Translations under genes and position numbers: made by a program
Shown: positions 27,543-36,968 of the stretch, piece by piece
Numbering within the stretch: the stretch's first letter is position 1
Layout of the letters: the number at the start of each line of letters is the position of its first letter
Source of the DNA: an uncultured Spirochaetota bacterium
Lineage (GTDB): Bacteria; Spirochaetota; Spirochaetia; SZUA-6; Fen-1364
Length of the DNA stretch: 64,000 bases
NCBI GenBank assembly: GCA_963745235.1
Contig: CAVUXE010000053.1
Span: forward strand, 192,001-256,000
Direction of reading: 5' to 3'
The notes under the pieces: generated by a model
Seen by the model: only the letters and a program-made list of their open reading frames with translations
Told to the model about the DNA's origin: nothing
The model's database searches: none

Positions 27543-30098
27543 ATGTCAAAAGGTGAGCGTCCTCGGGTCATTGCGGACCGCGCTGGTGCATCCAGGGTCC
27601 TCGAAGCGAAAAGCCTCGCTCATTCCAGTCCGGACCCCGTTTTTGTCTTCCAGTGGGACCCAGCGAAGGGATTGAGCCGCGTTTCGGAGAACGAGGCGGC
27701 ATCGAGGCTCGTGGACGCCGAGGTGACCGGAGGGAACGGCGGGATGTCCACGTTCTCCCCGGCCTCGGACCCGCAGATCAGCGCCCTTCTGTACGCCTGC
27801 GCCGCGAAGCGGGCAACGGCCGGGCGGCACGTTGTCTGGCGTTCCCTGTCAAGCGGCAACGAAACGCTCATGGCGCTGACCGCTGAGTTCCTCGAACCCG
27901 ACCTCATCGTTCTCAGCGCCCAGGATCAGGGAGGCGTTGGGGAGCCTCGGCGGAAGCTTTCTGCCATGCACGCGCTCACGGAGATCTCGGCAGGGTGCAG
28001 GACTCGCCCCACGTTCCTGGCGCAAACCCTGCTGTTGATCAGGGGCTACCTGGGAATAGAGGATGTCGCCTTTTCCGACGCGCTGGACGGCGCCGACCCC
28101 GCAGAGGCGGTGGCTTCCAACGAAATCCTTGTGCGAACTGAAGATGGCGTCCTGGGCGTCATTCGCATCACGATGCCCGGCCCCGCTCTCCTGGACGCGC
28201 CGACCCGGGAGTTCCTGAACACACTCGGCTGGATGGCAGGTGAAGCCCTGCGGCGCATGGACAGCGAGACACTGCTGGCCGACTCCGAGGCCTATCTCGC
28301 GGCGAGCACGGAAAGCGCCGTTGTGATTTTTGACGCTCGCGGCCGGATCACGCAGTGGAACGCGGCAGCGCAGAAGATGTATGGCCACCAGGCTGCGGAG
28401 GTGCTCGGCAAGAGCTGCTCGCTTCTCTACTCGGACGAGGATGTGGTTCGCGGCAAGCCCGAGGATGACCTTCGCAGGGCCCGGGAAATGGGCTCTATTC
28501 CGGAGGAAGAGGCTTTGCGAAAACGCAGGGATGGTCAGCTCTTCGCGGTGAGCGCAAAGACCTCCGCGCTTGTGGACGGGCAGGGGAGGCTGCGCGGATA
28601 CGCCCGGACGGTTCGCGATGTCACCGCGCGCAAGCAAAGCGAGAGCGAGCTTCACATGAACCTGGCGGCCCTTGACAAGCGCGTCCGCGAGCTGCGGTGC
28701 CTGTACGAAGTTGCCGCACTGATCAGCGACCAGGCGCTCCCCCTTGGCACCGTCATGCGGGCGGTCGCGGACCTCGTGGCCATGGCGTACCAGTACCCGG
28801 AGATCACGTGCGTCAGGCTCCGCGTCGGAGATGATACCTATGAAACGGAAGGCTTTACGGAGACATCCTGGGAGCAGACCAGCACCGTCGGCACCCTTTC
28901 CTCCAACCTTGGAACCCTCCAGGTCTGCTACCGGGAGGAGAGGCCCGAGGTGGATGAGGGCCCCTTCAGCGAGGAGGAGCGGGACCTCATCGAAAGCATC
29001 GGCCAGCTCCTGGGAGACTTCCTGGAGCGGCGCATGACCGCGGACGCCCTCCGGAGGACCAACGCCCTCCTGGAGACTCTCTTTGCCAGCACGAACTACA
29101 AGATAGCGTTTCTGGATAATGACTTCCGCTATATCAGGGTCAACGACGCATATGCCCGGTCGTGGGGTCACCAAAACAGCGACTACGTCGGAAGGAGCCA
29201 CCTGGAGTTCTTTCCCGACGACGAAGAGATTTTTCGGCAGGTCCTGCGGACCGGCACTCCCTACACCGCGGCTGACAAGCTGCGGGAGGTCCCGGGTGAA
29301 GACGGCCTTCCCTCGCCGAACTACTGGGACTGGGAGCTGTTCCCCATGTCGGGAGAAGGGATGGCGGGGCTCGTGCTCATCCTCGTCGATAGAACGAGGC
29401 GCCACAGGGCCCGCAAGGAGCTGGAGGATTCCCGCGAGGAGCTTCGAAAGCTCGCCTCCCACCTGCAGGAGCTGCGGGAGGAGGAAAGGAAGTTCATCTC
29501 ACGGGAAATCCATGATGAGCTGGGGGGACTGTTGACCGCGCTGAAGATGGAGATATCCCTCCTGGGAAGGGCAGACTCGCCACTGAAGGGCGCGTGCCTG
29601 GACTCGTACGACTCCGCGCTCGGCCTCGTGGACCAGTCGATCTCCATGGTCCAGAGAATCACCTCCAACCTCCGGCCCCGGATCCTGGACGATTTCGGCC
29701 TCGTGCCGGCCATGGAATGGCACATGAAGGATTACGAGAAGCGTTCCGGGATTTCGTGCGCCTTGAAGGCGGGCGCCAGAAACCTCATGATGGAGAAGAA
29801 CCGGGCCGCGGCGGTCTTCAGGATCTTCCAGGAGGCCCTGACCAACGTCGCCAGGCACGCGAAGGCAACCACGGTGACCGTTTCCCTGCGGCAGACGGGC
29901 CAGAGGCTGCGGATGAAGGTCGCCGACAATGGCATCGGGATCACGGAATCCCAGGTGGTCGCCCCGTCTTCCTACGGGATCATGGGTATCCGCGAGCGGG
30001 TGCAATCCCTGGGAGGCCATGTGAGCATTCACGGTGTCAGGGGGAAGGGCACGAGCCTCGAGCTGGAAATTCCGCTGCTGGGGGAGGAGGAAGGATGA
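27543..30098 (+). CDS. PAS-domain histidine kinase, HisKA_3 (NarX/UhpB type)
   Basis: PAS units, EEERKFISREIHDELG, LRPRILDDFGL, FRIFQEALTNVARHA, DNGIG. Confidence 0.92.
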   Translation: MSKGERPRVIADRAGASRVLEAKSLAHSSPDPVFVFQWDPAKGLSRVSENEAASRLVDAEVTGGNGGMSTFSPASDPQISALLYACAAKRATAGRHVVWRSLSSGNETLMALTAEFLEPDLIVLSAQDQGGVGEPRRKLSAMHALTEISAGCRTRPTFLAQTLLLIRGYLGIEDVAFSDALDGADPAEAVASNEILVRTEDGVLGVIRITMPGPALLDAPTREFLNTLGWMAGEALRRMDSETLLADSEAYLAASTESAVVIFDARGRITQWNAAAQKMYGHQAAEVLGKSCSLLYSDEDVVRGKPEDDLRRAREMGSIPEEEALRKRRDGQLFAVSAKTSALVDGQGRLRGYARTVRDVTARKQSESELHMNLAALDKRVRELRCLYEVAALISDQALPLGTVMRAVADLVAMAYQYPEITCVRLRVGDDTYETEGFTETSWEQTSTVGTLSSNLGTLQVCYREERPEVDEGPFSEEERDLIESIGQLLGDFLERRMTADALRRTNALLETLFASTNYKIAFLDNDFRYIRVNDAYARSWGHQNSDYVGRSHLEFFPDDEEIFRQVLRTGTPYTAADKLREVPGEDGLPSPNYWDWELFPMSGEGMAGLVLILVDRTRRHRARKELEDSREELRKLASHLQELREEERKFISREIHDELGGLLTALKMEISLLGRADSPLKGACLDSYDSALGLVDQSISMVQRITSNLRPRILDDFGLVPAMEWHMKDYEKRSGISCALKAGARNLMMEKNRAAAVFRIFQEALTNVARHAKATTVTVSLRQTGQRLRMKVADNGIGITESQVVAPSSYGIMGIRERVQSLGGHVSIHGVRGKGTSLELEIPLLGEEEG

Positions 30099-30724
30099 TC
30101 AAGGCGATAGTCTGCGACGACCACCCCATTTTCCGTGAGGGCTTGAAAAAGATCATTGGACAATCCCGCGATATCTCCGTCACGGAGGAGGTGAGCGACG
30201 GCGTTGCGTTGATGGAGAAGCTTCACGGTCGGCGGTACGACGTGATCATTCTCGACATATCGCTGCCCGGCACCAACGGCCTGGACATCCTGAAGGACCT
30301 GCGAACTTCGGGAAAGACGACGCCCGTTCTGATCCTCAGCATGCATCCGGAGGAGCAGTACGCGGTTCGGGCCCTGCGGGCAGGGGCTTCGGGGTACGTG
30401 GCCAAGGCGAGCGTGCCGGAGGAGCTGCTGGCTGCCATAAGAAAAGTAGCGGCGGGGCGCAAGTATGTCAGCCCCAGCCTGGCAGAACAGCTTGCATCCG
30501 AGCTGGACGGGTCTTCGGAAAAGCCGCCGCACGAGAGGCTTTCCGACCGCGAGTTCCAGATCATGCGCTTGATCGCCTCGGGACGGAAAGTGAAGGAGAT
30601 CGCCGGGGACCTCTGCCTGAGCCCGGCGACCATCGGCACCTATCGAGCCCGCATCCTGTCCAAGCTCAACCTGCAAAGCAATGCAGAGCTCATCCACTAC
30701 GCGATTGAGAACAAGTTGCTGTAG
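30095..30724 (+). CDS. NarL/UvrY-family response regulator
   Basis: DDHPIFREG, ILDISLPG, LSMHPE, LSDREFQI HTH; ATGA overlap with the kinase. Confidence 0.93.
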   Translation: MIKAIVCDDHPIFREGLKKIIGQSRDISVTEEVSDGVALMEKLHGRRYDVIILDISLPGTNGLDILKDLRTSGKTTPVLILSMHPEEQYAVRALRAGASGYVAKASVPEELLAAIRKVAAGRKYVSPSLAEQLASELDGSSEKPPHERLSDREFQIMRLIASGRKVKEIAGDLCLSPATIGTYRARILSKLNLQSNAELIHYAIENKLL

Positions 30725-30835
30725 AAGATGACACTCGTGTCGAATTCCTTCGACCCCGTGTCATTCGAATGATTCGAGGGAAAAATCATTCTCCGTATGA
30801 TATCTTCCTTGTGTACGAGCCCCTACCCTTGGTGC

Positions 30836-31093
30836 ATGGGACCCGTGGAGGAAAAAATCTTTGAATGCGCCAAGAAGATCTGGGTGCTTCTGGAGAAGAC
30901 GAAGGAAGTGAACATCCTGCGCCTCTCGGAGCTTCTGGGAGAACGGAACGTGATTGCCTACCAGGCCCTGGGATGGCTGGCGCGGGACAAGAAGATACAC
31001 TACGAGCAGAAGGGGAGCCAGGTTTTCATATCGCGAGATGAAGGGGAGGCCGGTGCGCCTCCTGATCGAAGATTGTCGAGGAGGCGTGCATGA
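30836..31093 (+). CDS. Small winged-helix protein (DUF2582-like)
   Basis: AKKIWVLL...YQALGWLARDKKI pattern. Confidence 0.72.
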   Translation: MGPVEEKIFECAKKIWVLLEKTKEVNILRLSELLGERNVIAYQALGWLARDKKIHYEQKGSQVFISRDEGEAGAPPDRRLSRRRA

Positions 31094-32898
31094 AAAAAGG
31101 CATTGCAAGTGTCGTGGGGGCGGCAGGGGCTGCGATAGTGCTTTCGGTGGTGCTTCTGAGCTGCCAGACAGCCAAGCCCAACACCGCCGGGAACTCCATC
31201 CAGACCGAGCAGGCGGGGCTGGCGCCCAACGGGGACAAGACCCATCAGACCATAGATTTCTCCCTGGTGTTCGCCAACCGGGATGCAATCAAGACGTGGA
31301 AGGTGGAGATGGCCACGGGGTCTGGTCCGCAGAAGCAGTGGAGCGGGGACGCGAAGAACCTGCCCGCTACCTTGAGCTGGGACGGGAAGAGCGAGGCTGG
31401 GTCCCTGGCGCCGGAAGGCGGCTACACGGCGCAATTGACGGTGGACTATGGCAGCGGGACCCCGGCGGCCACGGCCATGAGCAGTCCTTTCGTGCTGGAT
31501 ATCACGCCTCCCACGGGCAGCGTGAGCTTCAACCCGCAGCAGTTCAGCCCTGATGCGAGCGGCGCGGTGCAGCCCGTGACGGTGACGATCAAGGGCACCT
31601 CGAAGGCGGCGACCATGGACAGCTGGTCCATGGACATCACCGACCCCGACGGGAAGGTGTTCCGCAGCTTTGACGGGAAGTGGCCCACCACGGACGTCAC
31701 GTGGGACGGCAAGTCATCCAGCGGCGACGTTGTGGCCTCCGGGGCCTCGTACTCCGCGATGGCGACGCTGCGGGACGAGTTCGGACTGACGGCGCAGGCC
31801 AGCGGGGCAATCGGGGTGGGAGGGCCCGCGGCCCAGGCGCCCGGGCAGGCGCCCGGGACGTTCTCCGTGACCCCCATGACCGCTGGGTTCTCCCCCAAGG
31901 GGACGGTGACGGTGGAGAAGCTGGAGGTGGCCTACGGGAAGAGCGAATCGGTGCAGAGCTGGAAGCTTGAGATCCTGGACGGCAGCGGCACCGCGGTGAA
32001 AGCGTTCAACGGGGACGGGATGAACATGCCCAAGACGGTGAGCTGGGACGGCAAGGGGGACAGCGGGACACTTTCCCCTGAGGGCAAGTATACGGCGCGG
32101 CTGTCGGTGGACTACGGGAGCGCCTTCGCGCCCGGCACGACCACCAGCGACAGCTTTGTGCTGGACATCACGCCTCCCACGGGGAGCATCGCGCTGTCGG
32201 ACCCGTTGTTTTCCCCCATCGAGGGCTCGCCCACCATCACGCTGACGGTGAACGCCACATCGCAGCTGGCGAAGATCGACAGCTGGCGCATGGAGGTCAA
32301 CGATCCGGAGAACCACCTGTTCATGGCGTTCGAGGGGAAGTGGCCCACCAAGGACGCGGTGTGGAACGGGAAGAGCATCAAGGGTGAGATGGTGCAGTCC
32401 GCGGAGGACTACCCGGTGGTAGCCATGGTGAGGGACGAGTTCGGCAACCTCGGGGAGCTGAAAGCCACGGTGCCCGTGGACATCCTGGTGGAGAAGACGG
32501 CAACAGGGCTCCGGATCCTGAGCTCGCGCATCTTCTTCAAGGCGTACACGGCAGACTACCAGGACGTGAGGCCGGACCTTGCCAGCCAGAACATGAAGCG
32601 GCTGAGCGACATGGCAGCGAAGCTGAAGAAGTTCCCCAACTACAAGATCAAGCTGGTGGGGCACGCGGTGAAGATCCACTGGGACAACGCGGCCCTGGGG
32701 GACATCGAGCAGCGTGACATCCTGCTTCCGCTGTCGAAGTCGCGCGCTGAGGCGATCAAGAAGGCGCTGGTGGACAGGGGACTGAACGAGGCGATGTTCA
32801 GCACCGATGGGGTGGGGGCATCGGACCAGCTGGTTCCTGACAGCGACCTGAGCGACAGGTGGCAGAACCGCAGGGTGGCTTTCTTCCTGGAGAGGTAA
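31090..32898 (+). CDS. Lipoprotein with FlgD-like Ig repeats and C-terminal OmpA-like peptidoglycan-binding domain
   Basis: Lipobox LLSC; repeated WDGK...EGxY and DITPPTGS...FSP; LVGHA, LSKSRAEAIK, NRRVAFFL. Confidence 0.85.
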   Translation: MKKGIASVVGAAGAAIVLSVVLLSCQTAKPNTAGNSIQTEQAGLAPNGDKTHQTIDFSLVFANRDAIKTWKVEMATGSGPQKQWSGDAKNLPATLSWDGKSEAGSLAPEGGYTAQLTVDYGSGTPAATAMSSPFVLDITPPTGSVSFNPQQFSPDASGAVQPVTVTIKGTSKAATMDSWSMDITDPDGKVFRSFDGKWPTTDVTWDGKSSSGDVVASGASYSAMATLRDEFGLTAQASGAIGVGGPAAQAPGQAPGTFSVTPMTAGFSPKGTVTVEKLEVAYGKSESVQSWKLEILDGSGTAVKAFNGDGMNMPKTVSWDGKGDSGTLSPEGKYTARLSVDYGSAFAPGTTTSDSFVLDITPPTGSIALSDPLFSPIEGSPTITLTVNATSQLAKIDSWRMEVNDPENHLFMAFEGKWPTKDAVWNGKSIKGEMVQSAEDYPVVAMVRDEFGNLGELKATVPVDILVEKTATGLRILSSRIFFKAYTADYQDVRPDLASQNMKRLSDMAAKLKKFPNYKIKLVGHAVKIHWDNAALGDIEQRDILLPLSKSRAEAIKKALVDRGLNEAMFSTDGVGASDQLVPDSDLSDRWQNRRVAFFLER

Positions 32899-32920
32899 GA
32901 GCACAAGCGGTGCAACAGCA

Positions 32921-32959
32921 GGGGCCGCTCTTTCCGAGGAAAGAGCGGCCCCTTTTTTT
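32921..32959. terminator. Intrinsic terminator between convergent genes
   Basis: ggggccgctctttcc-ga-ggaaagagcggcccc then T7. Confidence 0.88.
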
Positions 32960-32968
32960 CCTTCCGTG

Positions 32969-34507
32969 CTACCTGCTCATGCCGATTGTGACGTCTGTCC
33001 CCTTCCGGTTGATTTTGAAGCTCATGTCCTTCTTCGCCGGGTCGTTCAGCAGCCTGTAGAAGTCCATGATGGTGCGCACCTCATGGCCGTTGATCTGGCT
33101 GATGACGTCTCCCGGTCTTAGACCGGCAATCGACGCCGGGCTCTCATTGTCCGCGGAATCACTGCCCGGCAGGTATGCCACGACCACGCCTTCGAGGCCC
33201 TTCGCGAGCCCCGCGTCCTGCCTGATCTGGTCGTTGATGCGGACCACCGTGACGCCCGGCCAAAGGTACTTGTACGACGTGACCTCACTGGTGTCGTCCG
33301 GCCTCACGCCGAGCTTGATGGAGAGCCTCGTCTTTTCGCCATACCGGACGATATCGAAGTCGTAGGGCCGGCCGGCAATCAGGTCTCCCACGGCCTGGAT
33401 CAGGTGATCCCTGTCCGCGATGTCCTGGCCGTTCACGCGCGTGATGTAGTCCCCGGGAAGCATCCCGCCTTTCTCCGCCGGCGAGTTGCGGTACACGTTG
33501 ATGACCAGGGAGCCTTTGACTCCCGTCACGTTCAGGTCCCTGGCGACCCCGGGATAGGAGTCGTTGCTCGGATCCGCGGCCTGAACGTCATCCGGCATGA
33601 CCCCGAGCCATCCGTATTCCACTTTGCCCTTGGAAATGAAGTCATCAATAGCCTTCTTGGCGTTGTTGACGGGGATTGCAAACCCGAGGCCGACGCTGCC
33701 GCCTGTCGGCGCCGCGATCCAGGTGTTGATACCAACCACTTCGCCCTTCACGTTCACGAGCGCTCCGCCCGAGTTGCCCTGGTTGATTGCGGCATCAGTC
33801 TGGATGTAGTCGGTGTTCGGGGCAACCTGCCCGCTGGGACCTCGCCTGCCCAGGGCGCTGACGATGCCCATAGTGATGGTGTTCTCGAAGCCCAGCGGAT
33901 TGCCCACGGCCAGGACGATGTCCCCTACCTGGAGCTCGTTCGAATCCCCAAGATCCGCCAGCTGAATCGCGTCCCGGCTGTCAAAAGTGACAACGGCAAG
34001 ATCTCTTCGTGCGTCGGTCCCCACCACCTTGGCCTTGAATGTCCTCTGGTCCGAAAGCTTGACGCTGATATTGGTTGCAGCGTCGACGACATGGTTATTC
34101 GTCAGAACGTAGTATGCTCCGCCGGCCTTTTTCACGAGTATGCCGGAGCCCAGGCCGCTTCTTCGGAACTGGCGCTCCCCTCCCTTGCCGCTGCCCGGGG
34201 GCTGGTTGAAGAACCAGTCGAAGGGCGACTGCATGGGGGTCTGTTGTTTCACCACCTCGGTGACATCTATCTCGACGACGACCGGAAGCACTTTTTTCGC
34301 CACTTCCCGGAATGAATACTGGATTGTTTCAAGGTTTCGCGCCGCGTCCGCCAGCGCCTGGGGGTTCGGCGCACTGGTGGTGGTGCCGGTCTGCGATCCG
34401 CCCTGGCCGCTCACCCTCTCTGCTCTCCCGGTTGAGTAGGCAAGTCCCGAGGCCACGAGCAGCATCGCCAGAGTGACAAAAGCAGCCCGGACAGTCATTT
34501 TTCCCAT
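32969..34507 (-). CDS. degP: Do/DegP family serine endoprotease (2 PDZ)
   Basis: Signal peptide, GLGSG, LTNNHVV, DLAVV, IQTDAAINQGNSGGAL. Confidence 0.92.
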   Translation of the reverse strand: MGKMTVRAAFVTLAMLLVASGLAYSTGRAERVSGQGGSQTGTTTSAPNPQALADAARNLETIQYSFREVAKKVLPVVVEIDVTEVVKQQTPMQSPFDWFFNQPPGSGKGGERQFRRSGLGSGILVKKAGGAYYVLTNNHVVDAATNISVKLSDQRTFKAKVVGTDARRDLAVVTFDSRDAIQLADLGDSNELQVGDIVLAVGNPLGFENTITMGIVSALGRRGPSGQVAPNTDYIQTDAAINQGNSGGALVNVKGEVVGINTWIAAPTGGSVGLGFAIPVNNAKKAIDDFISKGKVEYGWLGVMPDDVQAADPSNDSYPGVARDLNVTGVKGSLVINVYRNSPAEKGGMLPGDYITRVNGQDIADRDHLIQAVGDLIAGRPYDFDIVRYGEKTRLSIKLGVRPDDTSEVTSYKYLWPGVTVVRINDQIRQDAGLAKGLEGVVVAYLPGSDSADNESPASIAGLRPGDVISQINGHEVRTIMDFYRLLNDPAKKDMSFKINRKGTDVTIGMSR

Positions 34508-34526
34508 GGAAAACACCTCCACCGAG

Positions 34527-34580
34527 AAGATACAGAATCCTCGACGCAAAATGGCCATGCCATTGTTAATTTTCCTTAAT
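34527..34580 (-). promoter_or_regulatory. degP promoter: TTAA-N6-TTAA box and -10
   Basis: + strand ttaattttccttaa 34566-34579; minus-strand TATCTT 34532-34527; GGAGGT RBS. Confidence 0.6.
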
Positions 34581-34628
34581 CTGGTATCATGTGCCGCGCC
34601 GATTGTCCATCCTGAGGTCGGCAGGGCC

Positions 34629-35420
34629 ATGAACAACGAGCAGATCAAGGCAACGCTGCGGAGCCTTCGCGGGACGGAGCATGACTTCACGGTCATACTC
34701 TCGGGCAAGAAGAGCCGCAAGGTTCATGGACTGTACAAGCCGGAAAGCCGCGAGATCATCATCCACAACAGGAACTTCACGAACGACAACGAGCTCATGT
34801 ACACGGCCATTCATGAATACGCCCATCATATCCAGTTCACCACGTCCGCCACACCGATGTCGGTGCGCACGCATACCACGGCTTTCTGGAACCTCTTTCA
34901 CACCCTGCTCTTCGAAGCGGAGCAAAAGGGCATCTACCGGAACCCTTTCGAGGAGATCGAGGAGCTGCGTGAGCTCACCAGGCGCATTCGGGAGAAGTTC
35001 CTGGCGGCCAGCGGCTCCCTGATGAAGGAGCTGGGGAGGCTCCTCATCCAGGCGAATGGAGTCTGCGAAAAGCACGGAACGAGCTTCTCCGATTATCTGG
35101 ACAGGGTCCTCTCACTTCCGCGCACCAGCGCGCAGCTCATCATGAAGGCACATACCCTCGACATCGACCCCCGGGTGGGTTTCGAGAACATGCGCAGCCT
35201 CGCGTCGATCCGGGACGATGGAGAGCGCGGCAGGGCGCAGGCGGAGCTCCTTGACGGGCACAGCCCCGACATGGTGAAGGCGAAATACGCGGAGCGGCCC
35301 GCTCCCCGTGACGCCCGTCAGGCGCTCCAGAAGGAGAGAGAGCGCATCGAGAGGATGATCGAGCGGCTTCGAAAGCGTTTGCAGGAGATCGAGAAGCGGA
35401 TTTCCGCTGCCGCGGGCTGA
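34629..35420 (+). CDS. Hypothetical protein with HExxH (SprT-like) metallopeptidase motif and C-terminal coiled coil
   Basis: VHGLY, AIHEYAHH, HTTAFW. Confidence 0.7.
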   Translation: MNNEQIKATLRSLRGTEHDFTVILSGKKSRKVHGLYKPESREIIIHNRNFTNDNELMYTAIHEYAHHIQFTTSATPMSVRTHTTAFWNLFHTLLFEAEQKGIYRNPFEEIEELRELTRRIREKFLAASGSLMKELGRLLIQANGVCEKHGTSFSDYLDRVLSLPRTSAQLIMKAHTLDIDPRVGFENMRSLASIRDDGERGRAQAELLDGHSPDMVKAKYAERPAPRDARQALQKERERIERMIERLRKRLQEIEKRISAAAG

Positions 35421-35423
35421 TCC

Positions 35424-35906
35424 TCAGTGCCCGTGATGCCCGTCGTGGGCGTGCCCGTGGGCCAGCTCCTCCGCCGTTGCCTCCCGCACCCCCCGCACGT
35501 CCACCTCGAAGTGCAGGGTCTGTCCGGCCAGGGGATGATTCGCGTCCACGGTGACTTCCTCCTGATCCATGGTTATCACGGTAACGAGGAGCGGTTCCTC
35601 GTGCTCGCCGTGCAGCTCGAGCTTCATGCCGACGGAAAGGTCATCAACGTCCTCGAACTCCCCCCGGGAAATGGTGAATATCACGGACTCGTCACGCGCG
35701 CCATACCCCTGGTCCGGCGAAACGGTGACCGAGACGTGCTCCGATGCCGCTTTCCCTTCCAGCGCCGTTTCCAGGCCCGGCACGAGGGTCCCCGTGCCGT
35801 GAATATAGGCGAGCGGTTCTTCACCCTGGGAGGTGTCGAGCACTGCGCCGCCTTCGTCAGTGAGAGTGTAATCGATTGTGACGACCCTGTTCCTCGCTAT
35901 GGTCAT
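35424..35906 (-). CDS. slyD: FKBP-type peptidyl-prolyl isomerase SlyD
   Basis: VVTIDYTL, LVPGLETAL, DANHPLAGQTLHF, His-rich tail. Confidence 0.94.
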   Translation of the reverse strand: MTIARNRVVTIDYTLTDEGGAVLDTSQGEEPLAYIHGTGTLVPGLETALEGKAASEHVSVTVSPDQGYGARDESVIFTISRGEFEDVDDLSVGMKLELHGEHEEPLLVTVITMDQEEVTVDANHPLAGQTLHFEVDVRGVREATAEELAHGHAHDGHHGH

Positions 35907-35948
35907 TGGGTTCCTTTCCTGGAGAGTGGGCCGCTGCGCTGTCGCCTG

Positions 35949-36968
35949 TCAAGCCTGGCCTTCGAGGCCCTGCAGGATGTCCAGAAAATCCCGGGGCAGC
36001 GGGGACCTGATGAGGATGCGCGCGCCGGTGAAAGGGTGAACGAACTGCGATTCCTCGGCGTGCAGGCAGTGTCGAGGAGGAAAGGACGGGCTTCCAGCCC
36101 ACGGATGGGCGCGCGGAGCGTCCTTTTCTCCGCGCTGGTACTCCAGGAACCGGGATTCATCCTTATAAAGGAGGTCTCCCCACACCGGATGTCCGATTGC
36201 CGCCAGGTGGGCACGCACCTGGTGCTGGCGCCCCGTCCGTGGAAAGACAGCAAGGAGCGTGTGCTGCTTCATGCGGCGCAGCACCCTGCAGTCAGTGATG
36301 GACGGCAGGCCGCCTTCCCGCGGCGCCACCCTGATTGTCGTCACGCTCGAGCTGTCAGGTCCGAGGGCAAGATCGATCCTGCGCTCATCCCAGGGTACAA
36401 CGCCCTCGACCAGGGCCACGTAGCGCTTGTCGATCTCCCCGCGAGCGGCAAGCTCCAGCATTGCGCGTAGGGAGCCGCCGGTTTTCGCCGCCAGGATCAC
36501 CCCGCTGGTGAACACGTCCAGCCTGTTGACCAGACTGAGGAAGAAATCCCCGGCCTCACTCAGGCTCGCCCGAAGGTCGGCCGCAAACCGCTCTCGAAGA
36601 AACTGGATGACGGTGTCTGCCTGGTACCTGCCCGCGGGATGCGACGCCGCGCCGGCCGGCTTGTCCAGCGCGATGATGTGCTCATCCTGGTAGAGGATCT
36701 CGAGCTCGCGGCCGCTGCTGACCGCGGGCAGGCTTCTCCAGTGAACCGTGAGAATGTCTCCCGTCTTGAGCCGGGCGGACGTCGCATAACGCCTTCCGTT
36801 CAGGAGCGACTCGCCGGTCTGGATCTTCTGCCTGATCCGCGTACGGGAGAGAGAGGGAAGTGAGAGCGCAAGGAATGCGTCCGCCCGAAGGCCGTGATGC
36901 GCCTGCTCGACGGTCAGGAAAGAAGGGGCCGGAATCTCAAGCGCCGCATTCACGGGTCCAGCGGTCAC
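35949..36968 (-). CDS. RluA/RluD-family pseudouridine synthase with S4 domain
   Basis: LSRTRIRQKI S4, DKPAG, NRLDVFTSG, TGRQHQVRAHL. Confidence 0.9.
   Translation of the reverse strand: MTAGPVNAALEIPAPSFLTVEQAHHGLRADAFLALSLPSLSRTRIRQKIQTGESLLNGRRYATSARLKTGDILTVHWRSLPAVSSGRELEILYQDEHIIALDKPAGAASHPAGRYQADTVIQFLRERFAADLRASLSEAGDFFLSLVNRLDVFTSGVILAAKTGGSLRAMLELAARGEIDKRYVALVEGVVPWDERRIDLALGPDSSSVTTIRVAPREGGLPSITDCRVLRRMKQHTLLAVFPRTGRQHQVRAHLAAIGHPVWGDLLYKDESRFLEYQRGEKDAPRAHPWAGSPSFPPRHCLHAEESQFVHPFTGARILIRSPLPRDFLDILQGLEGQA

Noticed and set aside
27849-29462. 537-aa minus-strand ORF
   Set aside because: Antisense shadow of the HisKA_3 kinase.
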